Positions 17,473-27,271 are shown, counted from the first letter of the stretch. The stretch: 64,000 nucleotides of DNA from Bacteroidales bacterium (GCA_030654075.1 JAURYB010000178.1:6446-70445); one strand, 5' to 3'. Numbers and translations are program-made. Notes: generated by a model from the letters alone, not told the origin.

Positions 17473-19305
17473 ATGAAGCCTAGAATTCTCCTTCTGTTGA
17501 TACTAACAGGCCTGCTGATAGCTGTTTGCCCGGGGAAAGTAATGGCTCAGCAAACGGAGGAACAACTTGGCGTTCAATATTATAATAATAAAGAACTGGA
17601 TAAAGCTCTGGCAACTTTTGAAGTTTTGTTCAGTAAAAATCCAAGCCAGTTCAATTACCTTTATTACACCAATACACTTTTCGAACTGAAAGAATTCGAC
17701 AAAGCAGAAAAAATTATCAGGAAACAGCTGAAGGCAAACCCGCAAGACCCGCGTTACCAGGTGGATCTTGGTTATCTCTACATTATGCAGGGCGATATTA
17801 CCAAAGGCCGTAAGATATATGAAAACTGCCTGAAAGACCTTCAGTCCGACAAGATGCAGATTTACAACCTTTCTTATGCTTTCAGCAATCGAAGAGAGAC
17901 TGATTATGTAATCCGTACTTACCTTCGTGGGCGGGCCGAGCTTAATGATCCTGCTGCGTTTGCATTTGAACTTGCTTATACTTACGAAGCTTTGGGAATT
18001 ACGGAACAGATGATCGACGAATACCTGAATCTTCTGATTTCAAATCCGCAGCAAATTACTTTAGTTCAAAATCGTTTGCAAGCCTGGCTGAGCGATGATG
18101 TGGATAATACTAAAAACGATACCTATCGGAAAGTTCTTCTGAAGAAATCACAGCAAAATCCTGACGAAATTCTTTACAATGAGTTGTTACTTTGGCATTC
18201 CATCCAACAGAAAGATTTTCCGTTTGCGATCCTCCAGGCTAAGGCACTTGACCGCAGATATGGCGAAAACGGACAACGGATTTTTGACCTGGCAGCACTT
18301 TGTGTGAGCAACGAAAATTATGATGCGGCTATTGACGGCTACAACTATATCATTCAGAAAAAAGCCAATAAGGATATGGTAATGAGGAGCCGGATTGAGC
18401 TGATCAACACACAATTCGTTCAATATAAAAAATCCTATTCCCAGGATAAAGACCGTTTGCTTTTAATGAAGCAGGAATATATCCAATTGCTTGATGAACT
18501 GGGTAAAACTTCTTTTACAATTCCCTTATTCCTTAACCTGGCACATTTACAGGCATTTTACCTGGGCGAAACGGAAGCAGCAATCGCTCTTTTATTGCAG
18601 GCCATCAGCATTCCAAATGTTCTTCTCACCAGCCAGGCCGGATGCAAACTTGAACTGGCTGATATCTACCTGTTTTCAAGTGAACAATGGGAAGCAACTT
18701 TGCTGTATTCGCAGGTTGAGAAAACATTTAAGAATGAACCACTCGGACATGAAGCCAAGTTCCGTAATGCAAAATTGTCGTTTTATATCGGCGAATTCGG
18801 CTGGGCACTGGCTCAACTTGATGTTCTTAAAGCGGCAACGTCCAAGCTGATTGCCAATGACGCGCTGGAACTTTCCCTTTTAATCAGTGATAATATTGAA
18901 GAAGACAGCGTAACTGTACCATTGAGTATGTACGCAGAAGCGGATCTGATCGAATTCCGCAACCACGATTCCGATGCCCTGGCCGTTCTCGACTCAATTA
19001 GTGTACTTTATCCTAGGCATTCAATTGCTGATAATGTACTTTTCAAGAAAGCGGAAATCTATTCGAAAAACGGAAAATTTGACCTGGCCGCAGTCAACTA
19101 TTCCGATATTATAGAAAAATATTCTTACGATTTGCTTGCCGATGATGCCTTGTACAACCTCGCCGGACTTTACGAAAACCAGCTTAACAACAAAGGTAAA
19201 GCCATGGAATTGTACGAAAAAATTCTTACACAATTCCCCGGAAGCCTTTATGTGGTTGATGCACGGAAACATTTCAGGGCGCTGAGGAATGATGCGGTGA
19301 ATTAG
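17473..19305 (+). CDS. Tetratricopeptide (TPR) repeat protein with signal peptide
   Basis: 610 aa. The signal-like N-terminus is MKPRILLLLILTGLLIAVCPGKVMAQ. Multiple TPR-like A..Y/F...G..D.A segments occur, including a C-terminal YbgF-like TPR. Confidence 0.75.
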   Translation: MKPRILLLLILTGLLIAVCPGKVMAQQTEEQLGVQYYNNKELDKALATFEVLFSKNPSQFNYLYYTNTLFELKEFDKAEKIIRKQLKANPQDPRYQVDLGYLYIMQGDITKGRKIYENCLKDLQSDKMQIYNLSYAFSNRRETDYVIRTYLRGRAELNDPAAFAFELAYTYEALGITEQMIDEYLNLLISNPQQITLVQNRLQAWLSDDVDNTKNDTYRKVLLKKSQQNPDEILYNELLLWHSIQQKDFPFAILQAKALDRRYGENGQRIFDLAALCVSNENYDAAIDGYNYIIQKKANKDMVMRSRIELINTQFVQYKKSYSQDKDRLLLMKQEYIQLLDELGKTSFTIPLFLNLAHLQAFYLGETEAAIALLLQAISIPNVLLTSQAGCKLELADIYLFSSEQWEATLLYSQVEKTFKNEPLGHEAKFRNAKLSFYIGEFGWALAQLDVLKAATSKLIANDALELSLLISDNIEEDSVTVPLSMYAEADLIEFRNHDSDALAVLDSISVLYPRHSIADNVLFKKAEIYSKNGKFDLAAVNYSDIIEKYSYDLLADDALYNLAGLYENQLNNKGKAMELYEKILTQFPGSLYVVDARKHFRALRNDAVN

Positions 19306-19325
19306 ACGGCACTAAAAGTCCCATA

Positions 19326-19404
19326 TTCCAAGCATCAAATTCCAAGTCCCAAGTCGTTAATCGTTAATCGTAAATCGTTAATAGTTAATAGTAAGTCGTA
19401 AATC
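19326..19404. repeat. Degenerate heptamers TCCAAG(N) then (TCGTTAA/TCGTAAA/TAGTTAA)n
   Basis: Read directly: ...aagtcgttaatcgttaatcgtaaatcgttaatagttaatagtaagtcgtaaatc. Confidence 0.92.
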
Positions 19405-19440
19405 AAAAATATCTAATCACCAATATTAAGGATTAACCCA

Positions 19441-19542
19441 TCACTCCCTCTCTCCATCTCTTAGTCTCTCCGTCTCCCCTTCTCCCCCTTCTCCCACTCT
19501 CCCAAAAACCCAACCCCCAAACCCTAAACCCCAAACCCTCCC
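19441..19542. repeat. 102-nt pyrimidine/C-rich tract: CT-rich (CTCTCC/TCTCCCC variants) then CCCAAA/CCCTAAA telomere-like units
   Basis: Read directly. It abuts the rsmA GTG start at 19544. Confidence 0.95.
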
Positions 19543-19543
19543 A

Positions 19544-20323
19544 GTGTACGAAGTAAGAGCAAAAAAACACCTTGGACAGCATTTTCTGAAAGACGAAAAT
19601 ATTGCATCCCGAATAGCCGAAAGTCTTTCACCATCAGCTAAACAAGTTCTTGAAGTTGGTCCCGGAACAGGTGTTCTGACAAAGTACCTGCTTAAGAAGA
19701 ATTTTGATAGTTTCAAAGCAGTTGAAATAGACCGCGAATCGGCCGCCTTTCTGCGTATAAATTATCCACAGCTGGGTGACGGACTTATTGAGGCTGATAT
19801 GCTTCGCATGGATATAGCCGGGCTTTTTGAAGGTCAGTTTTCAGTAATCGGGAATTTCCCTTATAATATTTCGAGCCAGATATTGTTCCGCGTACTCGAA
19901 AACCACGACCAGGTTAATGAAGCAGTTGGCATGTTTCAGAAGGAAGTAGCAGTAAGAATTGCAGCTCCTCCGGGTAAAAAAGACTATGGTATTCTAAGCG
20001 TTTTACTACAGGCGTGGTACGATATTGAATACCTCTTTACAGTTGATCCCAGTGTATTTAATCCTCCACCCAAGGTACAATCGGCAGTTATCCGGTTACA
20101 AAGGAACCAAACCACGGATTTAGGCTGCAGCGAAAAAATGCTTTTACAGGTTGTAAAAACCGCTTTCAATCAGCGCAGGAAAACTCTTCACAATGCATTG
20201 AAACCTTTGGGAGATTATAACGGTGAATTTGCCGGAAAACGAGCTGAACAGCTTAGTGTGGCACAGTTTGTAAGCCTTACCAATGTAATGGAAGATATTA
20301 TTGCCTCAACTGGCACGGTATAG
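19544..20323 (+). CDS. rsmA: 16S rRNA (adenine1518/1519-N6)-dimethyltransferase
   Basis: Contains KKHLGQHFL, EVGPGTGVLT and GNFPYNISS motifs. Uses a GTG start directly abutting the C-rich repeat tract. Confidence 0.93.
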   Translation: MYEVRAKKHLGQHFLKDENIASRIAESLSPSAKQVLEVGPGTGVLTKYLLKKNFDSFKAVEIDRESAAFLRINYPQLGDGLIEADMLRMDIAGLFEGQFSVIGNFPYNISSQILFRVLENHDQVNEAVGMFQKEVAVRIAAPPGKKDYGILSVLLQAWYDIEYLFTVDPSVFNPPPKVQSAVIRLQRNQTTDLGCSEKMLLQVVKTAFNQRRKTLHNALKPLGDYNGEFAGKRAEQLSVAQFVSLTNVMEDIIASTGTV

Positions 20324-20347
20324 ATTTGTCACACATAAATAGTCATA

Positions 20348-20382
20348 GTTGCCTGAAAATTGTTTTATAAATATCAGGCAAC
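20348..20382 (+). terminator. Hairpin downstream of rsmA (possible terminator, no clear U-tract)
   Basis: 9-bp stem GTTGCCTGA/TCAGGCAAC with a 17-nt loop. Confidence 0.35.
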
Positions 20383-20467
20383 AATAAATTTCCACTTCCT
20401 GGTAAGGTGAGTAATTCTCAACTGGAAATAGGAAATCAAATCAATCAGCCTCTAAAAAAATAGTGAC

Positions 20468-21145
20468 ATGAAAATATGTAAATATGGCATCACGTTAAAC
20501 CGGCTAAGGAAAGAAGACCTGGAATTTGTGCGCGAAAAACGCAATGAAAAACAAAGACTTTCCTCCGAAGAAAACTACATCGATATTACACCCGAAATGC
20601 AACTTGAGTGGTTCGAAAGTGTCGATAACTTTGAGAATTTTTATTATATAATTGAATATAAAGGCGTTAAAATAGGAATGCTGAATAATAAGAAAGTAGA
20701 TTGGACAGCCCGTACTTCCGAATCCAGCCTCTTTTTGTGGGACGAATCATTCACAGACACTATTGTACCATCCTTAGCTGCGCTTTGTTTGATTGAAATC
20801 GGCTTTTATTACCTGAACTGGAATGTTTGCTATATCAGAGTTCATAGTGACAATGCCAAAGCCATAGAAAATGCCCTGAGTTTGGGTTATGAACTTACGG
20901 AAGGAAAGGAAACTGTAGAAAACCATTTATATTACCTCACCCGTGAATTATTTGAGACTAATGCACAAACAATCCTGATGGAAGCTAAGGCATTTATTGA
21001 GACTGAATATGGTGATGGCTTTCTATTGCTCGAACCGTCAGATTATGAATCCGGTATTGCTCAGAAAATTGAAACCTTTTTTACTGAAAATGGAATAAAC
21101 CTCCACCGGAAAGGGAAAGAAGGAAGCAGAATATATTTCAGGTAA
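20468..21145 (+). CDS. Hypothetical protein with GNAT (PseH/RimL-like) acetyltransferase-like N-terminal half
   Basis: The LNRLRKEDLEFVREKRN...WF...IGM...N.KAI..ALSLGYE pattern resembles a GNAT fold. The C-terminal ~70 aa are unassigned. Confidence 0.4.
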   Translation: MKICKYGITLNRLRKEDLEFVREKRNEKQRLSSEENYIDITPEMQLEWFESVDNFENFYYIIEYKGVKIGMLNNKKVDWTARTSESSLFLWDESFTDTIVPSLAALCLIEIGFYYLNWNVCYIRVHSDNAKAIENALSLGYELTEGKETVENHLYYLTRELFETNAQTILMEAKAFIETEYGDGFLLLEPSDYESGIAQKIETFFTENGINLHRKGKEGSRIYFR

Positions 21146-21152
21146 CTGATAT

Positions 21153-21314
21153 GTGTCTGCACACCCGCAGGGTGTCTGACACAGATAAGGATTTTCCCGA
21201 AAACTTATCTTTCCTAAATCAAAACTACCCATATAAAACCCAAAAACGGGTAAATATGGGTAGTTTTTTGTTTTGCCTTATAAAGTGTCAGACACCCTGC
21301 GGGTGTGCAGACAC
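21153..21314. repeat. 162-bp palindromic element: perfect 30-bp terminal inverted repeats flanking a bidirectional terminator hairpin
   Basis: 21153-21182 GTGTCTGCACACCCGCAGGGTGTCTGACAC is the exact reverse complement of 21285-21314. No ORF of its own is credible. Confidence 0.9.
21224..21274. terminator. Bidirectional rho-independent terminator between convergent genes
   Basis: The 11-bp stem ACTACCCATAT/ATATGGGTAGT has an inner ACCC/GGGT extension. It is followed by TTTTTTGTTTT on the + strand and preceded by AAAA (a T-run on the - strand). Confidence 0.75.
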
Positions 21315-21324
21315 TTTATAGGAC

Positions 21325-24300
21325 CTATTTATTCCAAACCGGTAATCTTCCGGGAGTAACGGGTGCCCCCAGCTTTTCAACTTCTTTTTCTAGTTGTATG
21401 ATATCAGTTTCACTTATTCTTTTTACTTGCTCATAAACCGGAGGGAATTCAGCCATCAGAATAGCATAAGCATCCTGCTGCATCTGCGTAGGCGCGCCGG
21501 TTGATCCCCAATGCGCCCAGGCTATTTTCGAAAGACGGTTGTTGAGTGTAACCGGGGCAGGAGGATTCTCTTCATCGCTTGGCCTGTTGCTGTTGTTGTT
21601 GAATTTTAGCTTGATATCCTCCAACTGTTTCGAAACCTTGCTGATACGAGCCCGTAAATCGGTATTTGCACCCGGAACAGCATTCAGGGCAACCTGCAAA
21701 GCATAGGTCCGTTTTGAAAGCTCTTCGGCATAATTCTCGGTGCCGCGCATTACGCGGGAAAGTTCTGAAACTTTCTTCTGGAAATCAGCAACTGCAGCTT
21801 TATCAGCAGCTGGTAAAGTCGTGTTATTTAACGTTACAGCGTTAAACTCAACCGCATCGGCCAGTTGTTTCACAGTATCACGAACGGTAATTGAAAGGCT
21901 GACTTTATACTTGCCCGGCATTACAGGAATACCACTATGGGAAGCAGCAAAAGGATCATACTTTTCCTTTCCGTCAACAGCAGACCTGTCAAGGTAACGT
22001 AAATCCCAGTTTATACGGTTAATTCCAGATGATGGCGCTTTATTGATGCGGCAGATCTCGTTACCGGTTCCGTCAGTAATAGTAAAGGTAAGATAGGCCG
22101 GAACTTCTTCGCGTTCGGCACGTAATTCAGCATCGGTTGGCTGAGGAATCCGTTCGCTTTTTTCGAAAAGTTTTTTCTCGCGTTCCTGGCGCATGTCCTT
22201 CAGACTTTTAGGCGCATCTTTCAGAAAATAAGTAAAAACTGCTCCAAAATCAGGATTCTTAGCTACAAAATAAGTTGAGCCTTGTCCGTATTTTGTATCA
22301 GAAGGAATATACATCAATGCATCTTTGACAGGGAAAATATAAGCGTCTTTCTGAAGTAAATCCTTGGTTACCAAACGTAATGGCGAATAATCATCCATAA
22401 TATAGAAACCACGTCCAAAAGTTGCTATGGCCAGGTCGCTTTCACGTTTCTGGATGGTAATATCGCGAACCGGAATTGAAGGCATTCCGCCCGATAGTTT
22501 AACCCAAATTTTTCCCCCGTCGTTGCTGAAATAAAAGCTAAATTCGGTACCGACGAAAAGCAGGTCAGGATTTATAAAATCCTGTTGAATGCTATGCACA
22601 GTTTCGTCTTTTGGTAGATTGGCAGCAATGGATGTCCAGGTGTGTCCTTTATCACTGCTCTTCATCAGGTATGGTTTGAAATCGTCGCGCAAGATATTAT
22701 CAAAGGATGCAAACACAATATTTTCGTCGAAACGGGAAGCCATAATATCGCTGACATACGTGTTTTCAGGAACACCATCAAACTTGTCAGTCTTTGACCA
22801 GGTTTTGCCGCCATCATAGCTGGATTGTATCAGTCCATCATCGGTTCCCACAAAAAGAATGTTTTCCTTCAAAGGCGATTCATCCATTGAAACTATAGTT
22901 CCATAAAGCGAGGTTGAAATATCTTTAACCACTGCATCATAACTCCAGTATTTTCCCATAACCGGCCAGGTGTTGCGATCAATCTGGGCGGTAAGGTCGT
23001 CGCTTATCACCTGCCATGTATTTCCACGGTCGTCGCTGCGGAAAACTTTGTTGGCTGCACAATACAAGCGGGTTGGTGAATGTGAGCTGAGGAGAAGTGG
23101 AGTATTCCAGTTCCAGCGGTACGAAAGTTCGTCTTTGCGTGGTTCAGGCCTGATGTCAATGGCTTCCTGGCTTTTGCGGTCGTAACGGACCATGCCGCCA
23201 TACTGAGATTCTGAATAAACAATATTCGGATCAACCGGGTCAATCTGCGACCAGAAACCATCCCCGCCGCAGGTTACAAACCAATCGTCGCTTACAACTC
23301 CTGATCCGCTGATGGTGCGTGATGGCCCGCCAAAACTATTGTTATCCTGCGTTCCGCCATACACATAATAAAACGGTGCCGAATTATCGACCTGCACACG
23401 ATAAAGCTGCGTAACCGGCAAATTCGATTTAAATACATATTCTTTACCTCCATCGAAAGATTCATAAATACCACCATCGCCGCCTATAAAAATATGTTGT
23501 GTGTCAGAAGGATCAATCCATATGGCGTGGTCATCCACATGGCGTTTGTTATTTCCGATTGACTTCCAGGTTTTGCCGCCATCTTCGGTAAACTGCGAAA
23601 CAGTTTCGGCTGAATAGATTTTATTTACATTTTTCGGATCACAAAAGATCTCGTTATAGTACTGTCCCTGGGCAGAATGATCACTCATTTTCTGCCAGCT
23701 GGCACCACGATTGGTACTGCGGTAAAATCCGCTTGCATCGCCTGCGGCTTCGATAATTGCAAAAATATAATCTGGATTCACAGGCGAAATAGCCATCCCG
23801 ATTCCACCCATATCAACACCGGGAAGACCGCTCTTCAGTTTATCCCAGCTTTCGCCGGCATTGGTCGATTTGTAAATTGCCGTTTCGGGACCACCGCCGA
23901 TTTTTGTAAAAACATGCCTGCGACGTTGCTCGCTGCTTGCATACATTACATCAGGATTCCGGGGATCCATCAGGATATTGTTTACGCCGGTATTTTCACT
24001 GATTTCCAGTGCTTTTTTCCAGGTTTTTCCGCCATCAATGGTTTTGTACATGCCTCGATCGCCGCCAGGGCCCCAGGCTGAACCTTCGGCAGCAACAAAA
24101 ACGATATCGCTGTTGCGCGGGTCGATAGCAATTTTGCCGATGTGCTCCGAGGCTTTCAAGCCCATGTTTTTCCATGATTTTCCACCGTCGGTGCTTTTGT
24201 AAACACCATCGCCGTATCCCAACGCACGCTGGTGATTATTTTCGCCGGTTCCAACCCAAACTACATTTGTGTTGTTCGGATCGATAACTACTACACCTAT

Positions 24301-24708
24301 GGAATACGATTTCTGCCCGTCGAAAACCGGCTCGAATGTAGTTCCGTTATTGACAGTTTTCCAAACATGCCCCGAAGCTACTGCAACATACCATTCGCTG
24401 TGATTGTTAGGATTTATTGCAAAATCGGCAATACGGCCCGAAGTAAAAGCCGGACCGATGGAACGCCATTTTAATCCTCCGAACGTAGATGATTTCAGGG
24501 AATCTGACTTAATTTCCAGCTTTGCAGATTCCTTTTTGGAAGACTCTTTTTTTGCTGGCTCCTTCTTTGAGGATTCCTTTTTCACAGTTTCCTTTTTTGC
24601 TTTAGCTTTCTGTGCCACAGCGTCAGTGCCTGCGAACAGTACAACAGCAAAAATCAGGGTTGCTATTATGCCATTAAACAGATTAATAGAGTGTTTTTTC
24701 ATATGCAA
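21325..24708 (-). CDS. BNR/Asp-box repeat, sortilin/VPS10-like glycosyl-hydrolase-like secreted protein
   Basis: 1127 aa. Has a signal peptide followed by a KKE(S/P)(S/A)KKE low-complexity stretch. Many S.DGG.(T/S)W Asp-box motifs occur (GGKSWKN, GGKTWKK, AGESWDK, RGASWQK, GGKTWKS, GGKIWVK). Confidence 0.8.
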   Translation of the reverse strand: MHMKKHSINLFNGIIATLIFAVVLFAGTDAVAQKAKAKKETVKKESSKKEPAKKESSKKESAKLEIKSDSLKSSTFGGLKWRSIGPAFTSGRIADFAINPNNHSEWYVAVASGHVWKTVNNGTTFEPVFDGQKSYSIGVVVIDPNNTNVVWVGTGENNHQRALGYGDGVYKSTDGGKSWKNMGLKASEHIGKIAIDPRNSDIVFVAAEGSAWGPGGDRGMYKTIDGGKTWKKALEISENTGVNNILMDPRNPDVMYASSEQRRRHVFTKIGGGPETAIYKSTNAGESWDKLKSGLPGVDMGGIGMAISPVNPDYIFAIIEAAGDASGFYRSTNRGASWQKMSDHSAQGQYYNEIFCDPKNVNKIYSAETVSQFTEDGGKTWKSIGNNKRHVDDHAIWIDPSDTQHIFIGGDGGIYESFDGGKEYVFKSNLPVTQLYRVQVDNSAPFYYVYGGTQDNNSFGGPSRTISGSGVVSDDWFVTCGGDGFWSQIDPVDPNIVYSESQYGGMVRYDRKSQEAIDIRPEPRKDELSYRWNWNTPLLLSSHSPTRLYCAANKVFRSDDRGNTWQVISDDLTAQIDRNTWPVMGKYWSYDAVVKDISTSLYGTIVSMDESPLKENILFVGTDDGLIQSSYDGGKTWSKTDKFDGVPENTYVSDIMASRFDENIVFASFDNILRDDFKPYLMKSSDKGHTWTSIAANLPKDETVHSIQQDFINPDLLFVGTEFSFYFSNDGGKIWVKLSGGMPSIPVRDITIQKRESDLAIATFGRGFYIMDDYSPLRLVTKDLLQKDAYIFPVKDALMYIPSDTKYGQGSTYFVAKNPDFGAVFTYFLKDAPKSLKDMRQEREKKLFEKSERIPQPTDAELRAEREEVPAYLTFTITDGTGNEICRINKAPSSGINRINWDLRYLDRSAVDGKEKYDPFAASHSGIPVMPGKYKVSLSITVRDTVKQLADAVEFNAVTLNNTTLPAADKAAVADFQKKVSELSRVMRGTENYAEELSKRTYALQVALNAVPGANTDLRARISKVSKQLEDIKLKFNNNSNRPSDEENPPAPVTLNNRLSKIAWAHWGSTGAPTQMQQDAYAILMAEFPPVYEQVKRISETDIIQLEKEVEKLGAPVTPGRLPVWNK

Positions 24709-24992
24709 TTTTGTTTTGGTTTATTGGGGATTCAGTCTTTTTTACCCGAAAACTTGTTGAAGCCGGTTAATTGTAAACAAAGATGAAATTTTATTCATTA
24801 CCAAAGCCCGGAAAGCCATTGAATTATGTATAAGCGCTTGTGGAATCGGTGAAATCATCATAAAATCTGCTAAAACACATTTGCTGTACAACTATATTCT
24901 CCTATATTTGACCCTTTGTTGAAACTTGAATTATTGTAGCCTGTTTTAACACCATTTATTCTTTATTCACCAATTTATAAACTTATAATTCT

Positions 24993-26495
24993 ATGAGTAT
25001 GAAAAAGAGCAATCTGATTGCGCTCCTGCTTATTTCAATGGCTGTATTCTCTTTACAATCTTCCGTTGCACAAAACACAACTTTCAAACTTTCGGACTAC
25101 AAGAATCCGTATTATTTTTACCAAACGCTGGACCTGAATTTCGGACTTAACAACTCTTCAAATATTCAAAAAAACGACAACTCCTCTAATTTTTACAACC
25201 TGAAGAGCCACATGTTAGCAGCAAATGCTCAGGCAAATTATTCAATTTATGCAAATTCACGCAAATCGCAAAGTGAGTTTTTTGCGTATTTAAACGGCAG
25301 TTTCGTTTCCAACGGACTACACAATCTATCCGAACTTTCCAACAGCGAGTCGAGACAAAGTTATTTCTCGAATAATCAAACTTCTTCTTTCGGGGGATTG
25401 AAAAGGTTTTATAATGACAAACAGAATTATTTCGAAATCGGAGGTTCATTTTCAAATAGTCATTCCGGCAATTTGACTAAAAATAAATCGTTGAACAATG
25501 ATATTATAACCTTTCAAACAAAAGGCAACGTAAGAAGTTTTTATTCTAACTCAAATGTGGTATTGCATATTGGGAAAGGAAGAATCGAGCAGGTTCAGGA
25601 TGCACGCATGGCATTCTATTTAATTGAAGATTTGAACCAGTTAAACCGGGATAAACGCCCGGCCTCTGAGGATGATGTGCTTGAGTTGGCTAAACTTATA
25701 ACCTCGCTGAAGTACAAACGCTTTTTCGATAACAGGCTGCGAAAAATAGCCGAAATCACGGCCATTGATTCTTTTATGCAGCAAAAAGGAATAGTAAGTT
25801 CTACTGATGCTACTTATTTTACATCGTTAAACGATAACTGGGCCTATGCAAATAACCCGGTAAGGAACAGCGGTTGGCGCATTTTCACTGGTGTTGAGGG
25901 TGGTTTTGGTTATAATTATAGCAAAAATCAGGCTGAATACATAATTCCAGCTCAAAGCACTCAAGATCAAACGTATGCTAACAATCGACTAAATGTTTTT
26001 TTAGTTGCAGGTTTGGATTATGAAAAACCTATTAACCTTAAATGGCAGAAATCAGCATCCATAGAGGCACAGTTTGGTTCCTGGACAACGAAATCAATCA
26101 ACAAAGCTTCAGGTGCAGCAGATGTTAATACTTACCTCGGGGAATCTCCAATAATGGATCTGAGTGCCAGCTACGGATTTGGGTATTACCCAAACTCCAG
26201 AACCTGGTTAACTGCAGATTGGTCCCTTTCATCAGAGTATAAAAAGCAATTTACAGGAACATCAAAAAGTGACAAAGAAAACTCAACAAACAGCTTCACA
26301 ATTTATACGGGGCCAGATGCTCATGCTTATTATTATTTATCGGAAAGACTCAGGCTGAGTATAAACTTTACCGGTTATCTTCAACTCAATAATGATAATT
26401 ATATAACTAATATCCCTGAAAATTCAGATAATAATCAGACCAAAACAACGTGGGATTATCACCTGGACGCCTCACTTACCTATAGTTTGTTTTAA
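24993..26495 (+). CDS. Hypothetical outer-membrane beta-barrel-like protein
   Basis: Signal peptide (LLLISMAVFSLQSSVAQ), N/S/Y-rich alternating pattern and a C-terminal aromatic residue (..LTYSLF). Confidence 0.55.
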   Translation: MSMKKSNLIALLLISMAVFSLQSSVAQNTTFKLSDYKNPYYFYQTLDLNFGLNNSSNIQKNDNSSNFYNLKSHMLAANAQANYSIYANSRKSQSEFFAYLNGSFVSNGLHNLSELSNSESRQSYFSNNQTSSFGGLKRFYNDKQNYFEIGGSFSNSHSGNLTKNKSLNNDIITFQTKGNVRSFYSNSNVVLHIGKGRIEQVQDARMAFYLIEDLNQLNRDKRPASEDDVLELAKLITSLKYKRFFDNRLRKIAEITAIDSFMQQKGIVSSTDATYFTSLNDNWAYANNPVRNSGWRIFTGVEGGFGYNYSKNQAEYIIPAQSTQDQTYANNRLNVFLVAGLDYEKPINLKWQKSASIEAQFGSWTTKSINKASGAADVNTYLGESPIMDLSASYGFGYYPNSRTWLTADWSLSSEYKKQFTGTSKSDKENSTNSFTIYTGPDAHAYYYLSERLRLSINFTGYLQLNNDNYITNIPENSDNNQTKTTWDYHLDASLTYSLF

Positions 26496-26674
26496 ATCAC
26501 CCTGATTCCACATAAATCAGGGAAATATTGTTCCTGATAGCAATTTTAGATTTTAAAGAAGGGGAATTATTCAGCGCAATGCAACCATTTCGCTGTAATA
26601 GTTCCCTTTACTGTTATAAAACTGAAGCTAGCGAAGCCGTAAAGCAAAGGGGCTGCAAATGGCGATATAAGTAT

Positions 26675-26682
26675 TACTTTTG
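26675..26682 (+). promoter_or_regulatory. -7 box TACTTTTG (ECF sigma / anti-sigma operon)
   Basis: Matches the TAnnTTTG consensus. It lies 24 nt upstream of the TTG start at 26706. Confidence 0.5.
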
Positions 26683-26705
26683 TGAAAGGCTAAACATCTG
26701 ATGGA

Positions 26706-27266
26706 TTGAGGAACGTTGTACAACTGATTTCCGGGAATAAAGGCGATATTGAGCGGGACCTCGTGCGGGGTTGCACCCGTAATGATCGTATTGCCCAGCG
26801 GGACCTTTACCACAAGTATTGCGATGCCATGTTTACCATTGCTTACCGCATTGTAAGCAACCGTGATGATGCCCACGATGCCCTGCAGGATGCTTTCATA
26901 CAGGTATTCCGCGATATAGCGCAGTACAGGTTCGATTCAACCTTAGGCGCATGGATCAAGACCATTGTTGTACGCACTTCGCTGAAACAGCTTTCGAAAA
27001 ACCGTAAACTGGCTTTTGCCGATTTGGATGAAACAAAAAGCAATGAAATGATCCTGATCCCTGATACGCTCAACAGTGAATACCTCGAAAAAATAATTCT
27101 TTCGTTACCCGACGGATACAGAACGGTTTTCCTGCTTACCGAGGTTGAAGGCTACAGCCATGAAGAGACTGCCAAAATGCTCGGCATTTCAACAGGAACT
27201 TCAAAATCGCAGTTGCATCACGCAAAGAAAATGCTCAAAAACAGGCTTACCGCATTGAATGACTGA
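26706..27266 (+). CDS. RNA polymerase ECF-type sigma-70 factor
   Basis: Region 2 (DAHDALQDAFIQVF) and region 4 (EGYSHEETAKMLGISTGTSKSQLHHAKKML) are recognisable. Uses a TTG start. A GTG about 60 nt downstream is an alternative start. Confidence 0.88.
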   Translation: MRNVVQLISGNKGDIERDLVRGCTRNDRIAQRDLYHKYCDAMFTIAYRIVSNRDDAHDALQDAFIQVFRDIAQYRFDSTLGAWIKTIVVRTSLKQLSKNRKLAFADLDETKSNEMILIPDTLNSEYLEKIILSLPDGYRTVFLLTEVEGYSHEETAKMLGISTGTSKSQLHHAKKMLKNRLTALND

Positions 27267-27271
27267 TAAAC

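Noticed and set aside
19501-19540. Interpretation of CCCTAAA/CCCCAAA tracts as true telomeres or eukaryotic contamination
   Set aside because: The tracts are 30-40 nt, degenerate, and embedded between intact bacterial genes on a contiguous bacterial segment. The resemblance is noted only for its G-quadruplex potential.
19441-19716. 91-aa minus-strand ORF (…GEGGEGETERLRDGERE)
   Set aside because: It is antisense to the rsmA 5' end, and its C-terminus is the translated C-rich repeat tract.
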